A stretch of 64,000 nt of DNA from IMG/VR virus record IMGVR_UViG_3300028025_000089, one strand, 5' to 3'. Below, piece by piece: positions 29,747 to 38,700 of the stretch. The first letter of the stretch is position 1; every line of letters starts with the position of its first letter. The notes under the pieces are model-generated. The model ran no database searches. It was not told the origin of the DNA and saw nothing but the letters and a program-made list of their open reading frames with translations. The position numbers were made by a program, and so were the translations under genes. The DNA is from a virus. Its lineage: Duplodnaviria > Caudoviricetes.

Positions 29747-29766
29747 AAAAGAACAAAAAATTAAAA

Positions 29767-30000
29767 ATGGAACAAGAAGAAAAATATACAACAAGTGACC
29801 TATATTTGGGAGCTTATTTGAAATTGAAGGGGTTTAAAATGATTGTTGAAAAACAAAGAAATAAGGCAATTTTTGTGTTTGAAAAAACAGAAGAATTACA
29901 AAAAGAAGTTAATAACTATTTGAATGAAAGTGGTTCTTGTGAACCTCTTTTATATACAAATTCAATTAAGAATTTAAAAAATTTATTATATAATTTGTAA
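29767..30000 (+). CDS. DUF5659-like small protein
   Basis: YTTSDLYLGAYLKLKGF...FVFE...YTNSIKNLKNLL pattern. Confidence 0.65.
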   Translation: MEQEEKYTTSDLYLGAYLKLKGFKMIVEKQRNKAIFVFEKTEELQKEVNNYLNESGSCEPLLYTNSIKNLKNLLYNL

Positions 30001-30028
30001 AATTTTTGAATTTTTCAAATTTATGAAA

Positions 30029-30230
30029 TATTTATATGTAGATCAAAGTCTTATCTAGACGATTATTAATATTCTTATTTATCCTTTTATTTAAATTTAT
30101 AAACGTATTAAGTGAACAATCCACTCGAGGTTGTTCAGGTCTAAATTTGTATGCGTCATCAAAACATAAAATTTGAGTTGAATTTTATGGTGTGAAAGAA
30201 CATTTAAAGTATAAAAAATAATTTTTTTTT
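30029..30230 (+). promoter_or_regulatory. TATTTATA motif plus about 195-nt leader with two hairpins
   Basis: Motif 30029-30036; TGAACAA/TTGTTCA stem 30113-30137; CATAAAATT/AATTTTATG stem 30165-30189. Confidence 0.5.
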
Positions 30231-32687
30231 ATGGCTACTACTAAAATAGTTTTAGACTTACAATCGGATTTGTTGTTAACTAATGCACAAATCTATAACC
30301 CAACAGGTATTGAAGCCGCTAACATCGAGTATGGTGTAGGTAACGTTGCCGATGAGTTAATCAATTTATCAACCGCAGACTCAGTTGAAGAGGCTGCAAG
30401 AATCTCTGGTGATAATTCAGTTGCCGCTAACTTATCAACTGAAGTTGTTAACAGATCAACTGCTGTATCTACTGAAGCATCTTTAAGAGTTTCTGGTGAT
30501 TTATCATTGGATAATGCGTTAGATGCTGAAGAATCTGCAAGAATCTCAGGTGACTTATCTTTAACAACAAGAGTATCTAATGAAGAAGTTGTAAGAGCAT
30601 CTGCCGATACATCTATCGTTAATTATGTTGACGCTGAAGTAACTACATTAGAAAATGCTGACGCATCTTTAACAACAAGAGTATCTAATGAAGAAGTTGT
30701 AAGAGCATCTGCTGACGCATCTATCGTTGCGACTATCTCAGCTAACAATTCTGCAGATCAATCATTAGCAACTAGATTATCTCAAGAAGAATCTAACAGA
30801 GCATCTGCCGATACATCTATCGTTAATTATGTTGACGCTGAAGTAACTACATTAGAAAATGCTGACGCATCTTTAACAACAAGAGTATCTAATGAAGAAG
30901 TTGTAAGAGCATCTGCCGATACATCTATCGTTAATTATTTAGATGCTGAAGTTTCTGCTGAAGAGTCTGCAAGAATCGCTGGTGACGCATCTTTAACAAC
31001 AAGAGTATCTACTGAAGAGGCTAACAGAGCATCTGCTGATACATCTATTGTTAACTACGTTGATGGTGAAGTATTATCTATTGATTCTGCTTTATCTTCT
31101 GAAACTTCATCAAGAGTATCAGGTGACGCATCTTTAACAACAAGAGTATCGACTGAAGAATCTACAAGAACTTCTGCTGACACATCTATCGTTACTTATT
31201 TAGACGCTGAAATCGCTGATGAGGCATCTGTAAGAGCATCTGCTGACGCATCTATCGTTGCGACTATCTCAGCTAACAATTCTGCAGATCAATCATTAGC
31301 AACTAGATTATCTCAAGAAGAATCTAACAGAGCATCTGCAGACGCATCTATCGTTACTTACTTAGACGCTGAAGTTTCTGCTGAAGAATCTGCAAGAATC
31401 TCAGGTGATGCATCTTTAACAACAAGAGTATCTACTGAAGAATCTGCAAGAACTTCTGCTGACGCATCTATCGTTACAAGTTTAGATTCTGAAATCACCG
31501 CAAGACAATCTGAGGATTTAGTATTATACAACACTTTTAGTTCAGAAGATTCTATCGAAAAAGCGGCTAGAGAATCTGCAGACGCTTCTATCGTGACTTA
31601 TGTTGACGCTGCTGATGCTAGTCTACAAGACGCGATCAATGCTGAAGCAACTGCGAGATCAAATGCTGACGCCTCTATCAACACAAGAGTATCTACTGAA
31701 GAATCTGCAAGAGCGGCTGCTGACGCATCTATCGTTACTTATTTAGATGCTGAAGTTTCTACTGAAGAATCTGCAAGAATCGCAGGTGATGCATCATTGA
31801 CTACAAGAGTATCAACTGAAGAATCTGTAAGAGCTTCTGCTGACGCATCTATCGTTGCGACTATCTCAGCTAACAATTCTGCAGATCAATCATTGGCAAC
31901 TAGATTATCTCAAGAAGAATCTAATAGAGCATCTGCCGATACATCTATCGTTACTTACTTAGACGCTGAAATCGCTGATGAAGCATCTGTAAGAGCATCT
32001 GCTGACACATCATTAGAAAGTGAATTGGCAACTACTGAGACATCTATCAACACTGCAATTTCTACTGAAACTTCTGCTAGAATTTCTGGTGATGCATCGT
32101 TAAATTCTAAATTAGATCTTGAAGTTGCCGATTTAAATGATCAAGTTTCTACTGAAACTTCATTAAGAGAATCTGCTGATAATTCATTGTTTGTTAACTT
32201 GAATGATAAAATCGTTGTTGAAACTTCTGAAAGAGTATCTGCCGATAATTCATTGTTTGTTAACTTGAATGATAAAATCAATACTCAAATTTCTACTGAA
32301 GAGTCCTCAAGAATTTCAGGTGATGCGTCATTGGCTTCGTCTTTATCTTCGGCTGTTGAAACATTAGAAAATGCAGATTTGGCCGAAAAATCAAGCAGAG
32401 AATCTGCTGACGCTTCATTAGCAGCTCAGATTTCCGCAATCAACGCTTCTGATTTTGGTAAAACTGCACCAGGTTCACAACCTAATGGAACAACAACAAA
32501 CTTTAATATTAATCCACAACTTGTTAATAACACCGAGTTCGTATATCTTAACGGTCTACTTCAGGAAGCAGGTGAGGATTATACTACGTCTGTTGATTCA
32601 CAAACAGGTAACATTGCAACAATCGTGTTCGCAAATGCACCTAAAGCGGGTTCTAAATTACAAGTTGCAGGTAACGTAGTTGCTTAA
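30231..32687 (+). CDS. Long repeat coiled-coil fibre protein with C-terminal NGLLQ beta-domain
   Basis: About 700 aa of E-x-x-x-R-x-x-(A/G)D-x-S(I/L) repeats; own promoter motif and terminator. Confidence 0.75.
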   Translation: MATTKIVLDLQSDLLLTNAQIYNPTGIEAANIEYGVGNVADELINLSTADSVEEAARISGDNSVAANLSTEVVNRSTAVSTEASLRVSGDLSLDNALDAEESARISGDLSLTTRVSNEEVVRASADTSIVNYVDAEVTTLENADASLTTRVSNEEVVRASADASIVATISANNSADQSLATRLSQEESNRASADTSIVNYVDAEVTTLENADASLTTRVSNEEVVRASADTSIVNYLDAEVSAEESARIAGDASLTTRVSTEEANRASADTSIVNYVDGEVLSIDSALSSETSSRVSGDASLTTRVSTEESTRTSADTSIVTYLDAEIADEASVRASADASIVATISANNSADQSLATRLSQEESNRASADASIVTYLDAEVSAEESARISGDASLTTRVSTEESARTSADASIVTSLDSEITARQSEDLVLYNTFSSEDSIEKAARESADASIVTYVDAADASLQDAINAEATARSNADASINTRVSTEESARAAADASIVTYLDAEVSTEESARIAGDASLTTRVSTEESVRASADASIVATISANNSADQSLATRLSQEESNRASADTSIVTYLDAEIADEASVRASADTSLESELATTETSINTAISTETSARISGDASLNSKLDLEVADLNDQVSTETSLRESADNSLFVNLNDKIVVETSERVSADNSLFVNLNDKINTQISTEESSRISGDASLASSLSSAVETLENADLAEKSSRESADASLAAQISAINASDFGKTAPGSQPNGTTTNFNINPQLVNNTEFVYLNGLLQEAGEDYTTSVDSQTGNIATIVFANAPKAGSKLQVAGNVVA
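30594..30916 (+). repeat. Exact 119-bp direct repeat (30594-30712 and 30798-30916)
   Basis: Read directly from the sequence; offset 204 nt (68 codons). Confidence 0.85.
30698..31936 (+). repeat. 111-bp direct repeat, three copies (30698-30808, 31229-31339, near-identical 31826-31936)
   Basis: Encodes VRASADASIVATISANNSADQSLATRLSQEESNRASA. Confidence 0.85.
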
Positions 32688-32705
32688 TAATTTGTAAATG
32701 AATTC

Positions 32706-32739
32706 AAAAAAAAAAAGAGTCCTTCGGGACTCTTTTTTT
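32706..32739. terminator. Bidirectional rho-independent terminator with C(UUCG)G tetraloop
   Basis: A11-GAGTCC-TTCG-GGACTC-T7 between convergent genes. Confidence 0.92.
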
Positions 32740-32742
32740 GTA

Positions 32743-33945
32743 TTATAGATTATCAAATAAATTTGTTTCGGGATTATAAATTAAATCTTTATTCCCACCA
32801 TTAAATAAATTGTAAATAAGTTTGTCATAGGTTTCAACCAAAACTTCATTGTCCGCATGGTATCTTTGAAGAACCTTATCATTTCTTTCATGATACTCGA
32901 TTAAATTATTATCGTGTTCTGATAATATGTAATCCAATTGTTTTGCTCCACCAACTGTGTCAGATCCTTCGTAATAATAACCAAGATCTTTACACAAAGG
33001 TGCGTTATGTAAAACAGGATAACCCAAAAACGCGGCATCCATATATAAATAATTCAACGGATTTAAAACTTGATGACAAACAAGAACATCCAAATGTTGA
33101 GTTAGAATAAATGCAGTTTGATATCTTGCTTCGCCCGAAACTCTTTTGTCTTTATATAAATCAAAAGTTTTTACAATCGCCATAAACTCATGATTAGTTT
33201 TTAATTTTTCAGCGTTTGTAATCATCAAACTATTTATTTTTTCTTTACCAATTTCACCTCTATAACATTCCTCAACCACCAAAGATGGTATAAGTGCATA
33301 TTTGACTATATTAATATTTGGTTCCATAATACCAATAGTCTTTCTTTCTTTATTAGGAACGTATTTATATCCTTTTTTGTATTTTCCTTCTAAGTGAGAT
33401 CTTTCAATTTCTTTTACACTTTCCAATAAAAATTTGTGGTGCCAAATAAAAGGGACCATTATTGCATCAGTTCTATACACCGTTTTGAAAAAACCAAAAT
33501 TTGTTTCGTGTTGTTGTGGAATATACCAAACCTCATCAAAAGTTGTTTCGTATTCAATATAATTTTTTTGATTTTCACCAAATAAAACTTTTTCAGTATT
33601 CAAAATGTAGTTATTACCACATTTGTATGCGACATATCTTTTATTAGGATCTTCTTTAAATTTTAATATTTTTGATTCGTGAATTTGTGCTCCCATCATA
33701 ATAATAAGATCCATCTCCATATATTTGTCGTCAAAGAAATATATGTCAAGATCTTCTAAATATTTTGCCTTTGTTAAATTATCACCCTCAACTTTAACAC
33801 TATTTAAAATACAAACTTCATAATTGTTTGTTGAGTTTTTTAAAAGATGCGACAACATTAAAACATTTTGTTTCATACCATTTGTCCATATTGACTCAGA
33901 GTAACTTTTAAGTGCTAATGTGATTCCAATTTTTAAATTTTTCAT
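32743..33945 (-). CDS. DUF2827-like protein (putative GT-B glycosyltransferase), paralog 2
   Basis: IGIT...SIWTNGMKQN, MEPNINIVK, HQVLNPLNYLYMDAAFLGYPVLHN; start corrected to 33945. Confidence 0.75.
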   Translation of the reverse strand: MKNLKIGITLALKSYSESIWTNGMKQNVLMLSHLLKNSTNNYEVCILNSVKVEGDNLTKAKYLEDLDIYFFDDKYMEMDLIIMMGAQIHESKILKFKEDPNKRYVAYKCGNNYILNTEKVLFGENQKNYIEYETTFDEVWYIPQQHETNFGFFKTVYRTDAIMVPFIWHHKFLLESVKEIERSHLEGKYKKGYKYVPNKERKTIGIMEPNINIVKYALIPSLVVEECYRGEIGKEKINSLMITNAEKLKTNHEFMAIVKTFDLYKDKRVSGEARYQTAFILTQHLDVLVCHQVLNPLNYLYMDAAFLGYPVLHNAPLCKDLGYYYEGSDTVGGAKQLDYILSEHDNNLIEYHERNDKVLQRYHADNEVLVETYDKLIYNLFNGGNKDLIYNPETNLFDNL

Positions 33946-33946
33946 A

Positions 33947-35095
33947 TCAATAAATTTTATTTTCTTCCCAATTATATTTTTTTCTTTCAAACTTATTATT
34001 TAAAACATTTTCAACAAGTTCTTTGTATTGGTCAACTAAAGTTTGATTTTCTTTAGTGTATCTTTTTATAATTTCTCTATTTTTGTTGATGTATTCTTTA
34101 TAATTGTCATTATGATTTTTAATAACATCGTCAATTCTATTTAAAGCCTCGTCTCCATTGAATCCTTCATAGTAATAACCAACGTCTTGACACATGGATC
34201 CATTATGGATAACAGGATACCCCATCCAAGCAACATCCAACCATAAATAATTTAAATTATTTTCCCATTGCCAACTAAAAACAAAATCGGTATGGTCAGG
34301 AACAATTTTGGCCGTAGGGTATCTATCCTCAACACTTACTATTTTACTTTTACCGATTTCGGTTGATAAAACAAAATCAATAAATGGTTTTGATGTTTTT
34401 ATAACATCGGCACCAAATAAATATATGTGACTCAGAGGATTTATTTTTTGATTTTTTTCTAATATTACTATCGGTAAAACAACATTTTTCATTACAGAAA
34501 TATTAGGTTCCATAACCGAACACCTTTCTATTTTTCTTGGTGCATATGTTTCTTTGTTTCTTAATTTAAACGTTTCTTCAATTACAAATGGATCCCAAAT
34601 AAATGGGACAACAGTTACTTTATCTTGACCTGTAATAAACTGATAAAAACTATAGTTGGTTTTTTCCATTTGAGGTATTGACCATACTTGATGTGGTTTT
34701 TGATCTAAATCATATCTATTTCTAAAATAAGTAGTATCTTCATTTTTTTTAAATAAAATATTTTCAGTTTTCATGAGGTAATGATTACCACATTCATATG
34801 CTACTATTTTTAGATCTTGATTTTTTATTTTCCATTTTTTGAAGTGTGTTTTTTGCACCGTAAATCCCAATTGAATAACCAAATTATATCTTATATTATA
34901 AGATTTTTCTAAACTAAAAATGTTTATTTCGTTTTCGTATTTTTTTATTTCTTCGATTGTGTTTTCATTACCACAAATTAAATCAACAATATATCCACAT
35001 TTTTTTAACACTCTCGCTAAATATATGGCGTTTTGATTAACTCCATTTGAAAATAAATTGCCTTTTATATTAATTGTTATTCCAATTCTTTTCAT
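33947..35095 (-). CDS. DUF2827-like protein (putative GT-B glycosyltransferase), paralog 1
   Basis: RIGIT...LFSNGVNQN, MEPNISVMK, WQWENNLNYLWLDVAWMGYPVIHN. Confidence 0.75.
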   Translation of the reverse strand: MKRIGITINIKGNLFSNGVNQNAIYLARVLKKCGYIVDLICGNENTIEEIKKYENEINIFSLEKSYNIRYNLVIQLGFTVQKTHFKKWKIKNQDLKIVAYECGNHYLMKTENILFKKNEDTTYFRNRYDLDQKPHQVWSIPQMEKTNYSFYQFITGQDKVTVVPFIWDPFVIEETFKLRNKETYAPRKIERCSVMEPNISVMKNVVLPIVILEKNQKINPLSHIYLFGADVIKTSKPFIDFVLSTEIGKSKIVSVEDRYPTAKIVPDHTDFVFSWQWENNLNYLWLDVAWMGYPVIHNGSMCQDVGYYYEGFNGDEALNRIDDVIKNHNDNYKEYINKNREIIKRYTKENQTLVDQYKELVENVLNNKFERKKYNWEENKIY

Positions 35096-35098
35096 TTT

Positions 35099-35653
35099 TT
35101 ATTTTTTTATATGTTGATTTACAAACTGTAAAATAATTTGATTTTTTTCTTCATCTGTTTTTGCGTTAGCCCATAACCATAAAAAAGAAGTTTCAAGTGA
35201 TTTAAGTTCTTGTTTTTTTTCGTTCACAATTTTTTCTAAAAGAAAAATATTTGTTTCATCTAAATCTACCTCTATAGATAATTTTTGGGCTATTTTATAT
35301 AAAGTCAATAGATCATTTTTGTCATAAGCCCTTTGAGCATCAGTATACATTGTCACCAAATAAACATCTGTGGTTTTATCGGGATGACAAAATTTTGCAA
35401 TACTTCTAAAAACACTTTTTATTTTAAGTAATTCTTCGTCAGAAACCTCGTATTTTTTATCAACTTTTTTATTTTCGTTTTTAGTATCCCCAGATTGAAT
35501 TGGTATTTCTTCGCCAAGATCGTGAATTTCTTTCATGAATAATGGTCTGTAATGAGAATTAAACTCATCAACATATTCTTCTTCTGATTCTAATAGATTT
35601 AACTCCTTTATTAGAAGTCTTAACTTTAAGTTATTTAATTTTTTGTTTGACAT
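35099..35653 (-). CDS. J-domain (DnaJ-like) co-chaperone
   Basis: KSVFRSIAKFCHPDK...AQRAY (HPD motif in a helical hairpin). Confidence 0.8.
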   Translation of the reverse strand: MSNKKLNNLKLRLLIKELNLLESEEEYVDEFNSHYRPLFMKEIHDLGEEIPIQSGDTKNENKKVDKKYEVSDEELLKIKSVFRSIAKFCHPDKTTDVYLVTMYTDAQRAYDKNDLLTLYKIAQKLSIEVDLDETNIFLLEKIVNEKKQELKSLETSFLWLWANAKTDEEKNQIILQFVNQHIKK

Positions 35654-35657
35654 CTAT

Positions 35658-35695
35658 TATAAATAGATTGAAATCTCTTTGAGTTTATATTTATA
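35658..35695. promoter_or_regulatory. Back-to-back divergent TATTTATA motifs (- at 35658-35665, + at 35688-35695)
   Basis: Would drive the J-domain/DUF2827 operon leftward and the giant Gly-X-Y gene rightward. Confidence 0.65.
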
Positions 35696-35741
35696 GATGT
35701 TAATGAATATTATTTCATATAACAGAAATATTTAAAATAAG

Positions 35742-38700
35742 ATGCCAATATATAATAGATTAACAGACCGTCAAAAAGTTTCAGCTGTAACTTTAAATGA
35801 TATATTTCACGTAGTAGTTACGGGAGACACAACACAGAGCCCTCAAGGATCATCTTATTATGCTCCTTTGAGTGATCTACAATCATTATTAAGTGGTTCT
35901 ACAGGTCCTGCAGGAACTTCAGGAACAAACGGAACAAGTGGAACAAACGGAACTTCAGGGACAAATGGTTCTAGTGGAATTAATGGAACATCAGGAACTA
36001 ACGGAAGTTCGGGGACAAATGGATCTAGCGGAACCAATGGAACATCAGGAACAAACGGAACTAATGGGACATCTGGAATTAGCGGATCTTCAGGGACTTC
36101 AGGTTCAAGTGGAAGTTCAGGTTCAAGTGGAAGTTCGGGAACTAATGGAACAAGTGGAACTAATGGTAGTTCAGGAACAAATGGATCTTCAGGGACTAAT
36201 GGGACATCAGGAACTAATGGAACTAGTGGGACAAACGGGACTAATGGAACATCGGGATCATCAGGCACGAGCGGATCAAGTGGGACATCAGGGACTAACG
36301 GAACTAGCGGAACAAACGGGTCATCAGGAACTAATGGAACTAGTGGTTCTTCAGGAGCCAATGGAACTTCAGGGACTAATGGAACTAGTGGTTCTTCAGG
36401 AACTAACGGAACTTCAGGGACTAATGGGTCTAGTGGTTCTTCAGGAACTAACGGAACAGACGGATCAAGTGGGAGTAGCGGCACTAACGGAACGTCAGGT
36501 GCTAATGGCTCAAGTGGGACTAATGGGACATCAGGAACTAACGGAACTGACGGATCAAGTGGAACAAATGGCACGTCAGGGTCTAGCGGCACAAATGGAA
36601 CTTCAGGAAGTAGCGGAACTTCTGGAACAGATGGTTTAACATGTATAAATTATACTTTATCAGCACCAGGACCGACCGACTCACAATTTACAGGAACAAC
36701 ATGCGATGGAGTTCAACAAACAGGTAATGTTGCATCTGGAACCTCATACAGTGATTGTTTTATTAGTGGTTCTGTAACTATGAATAATGGTGGTATAATA
36801 ACAAATAATGGAATTTGTGTTGGAACGTCAGGGACAAGCGGGACTAACGGAACTAATGGAACATCAGGAACGAATGGAAGTGATGGGACGAGCGGAACTA
36901 ATGGAACATCAGGAACTAATGGAACATCAGGGACGAATGGAACCGATGGTTCAAGTGGAATTAATGGTTCTTCGGGAACTAACGGGACTTCGGGAACTAA
37001 CGGAACAGATGGTACTAGTGGTCTAAATGGAACATCAGGAACGAATGGGACTTCAGGAACAGATGGTATAAGCGGAACAAATGGGACATCAGGAACTAAT
37101 GGTTCAAGTGGATCGTCAGGCACAAATGGAACAGATGGAACAAGTGGGACTAACGGGACATCAGGGTCTTCAGGAACAAATGGAACTGACGGAACTAGCG
37201 GTTCTTCAGGGACAAATGGAACTGACGGAACTAGTGGTTCTTCAGGGACAAATGGGGCCGATGGTTCAAGTGGAACAAATGGGACTTCAGGAACTAACGG
37301 GTCTAGTGGGACAAATGGAACCGATGGAACATCCGGAACTAATGGGACTGATGGTTCAAGTGGGTCTAGCGGAACTAATGGAACTAGCGGTAGTTCAGGA
37401 ACAAATGGTACAAATGGAACTGACGGAACTTCTGGTACTAATGGAACCGATGGAACATCAGGGACAAACGGGACTAGCGGTAGTTCAGGAACAAATGGAA
37501 CTGACGGAACTTCTGGTACTAATGGAACCGATGGGTCAAGTGGAACTAGCGGAACTAATGGAACATCAGGAACTAATGGAACCGATGGTTCAAGTGGAAC
37601 TAATGGTTCTTCAGGGACTAATGGAACTGACGGAACATCGGGAACGAATGGAACAAGCGGAACTGACGGAACATCAGGATCTAGCGGAACAAATGGTACA
37701 AGTGGGACTAACGGAACGTCAGGAACTAATGGGACCAATGGAACTTCAGGGACTAACGGTAGTTCAGGAACTAACGGAACCGACGGAACATCTGGAACTA
37801 ATGGAACGTCAGGATCTAGCGGAACTAATGGCACCGATGGGTCAAGTGGAACTAGCGGAACTAATGGAACATCAGGAACTAATGGAACCGATGGAACAAG
37901 CGGAACAGGATTTAACACAGTTCAAGATCCCGCATTAACAAGAGTATTAACTTCTGACGGCACTCCAAACGGAGCAATTGCTCAATCAGGTTTAACATAT
38001 AATGGAACACAATTAACGGTTACGGGTCTTACATATACTAGTGGTGTTACATCGACCTCTAAAATTACATTTCCACAAATAACAATCAATAGTAGTTATA
38101 CGGCAACTACAAATGATTACATGATAGATGTTACAGGAGGAACATTTACAGTTTCTTTACCAAGTGCTGTAGGTATTCAAGGAAGATTATTAGTTGTTAA
38201 AAATAATGGTGGGGGTGCAGTAACCGTAGATCCATATGGAAGTGAAACTATTGATGGAAAACCATTTGTTATTTTAGGCGAAACAAACTCAATACAATTA
38301 GCAAGTAATGGAAGTGAGTGGGTTGCATTAGGATATAATATATCAACCGTAAACTCTTCAACAGGTGTTTTTGAATTTACGGGACTAACAAAAGTATCAA
38401 ATACAACCTTTAATGTTGCACGTGTTAAAGGATGGATAGTTGATGATACAACTAACCCTTTAAGTCCCCAACTTTATTATGTAGATTTTAGTGGTGGAAC
38501 ATTTACCGATAATTATGTGACCACCGATTTTGAAACCTTTGTTTATTTAACAAGTGGTGGAACAATTGGTCAGCAACCAACAATCTTAACAGAACAACAA
38601 AGAAGACAAAATATCTTTTTAGGTAAAATAGGACACCCTGAAAAAACATCAATTAATTTAGTTTTTTCTCAACCTGATTTTGTCCAATCTCCATTATCAC

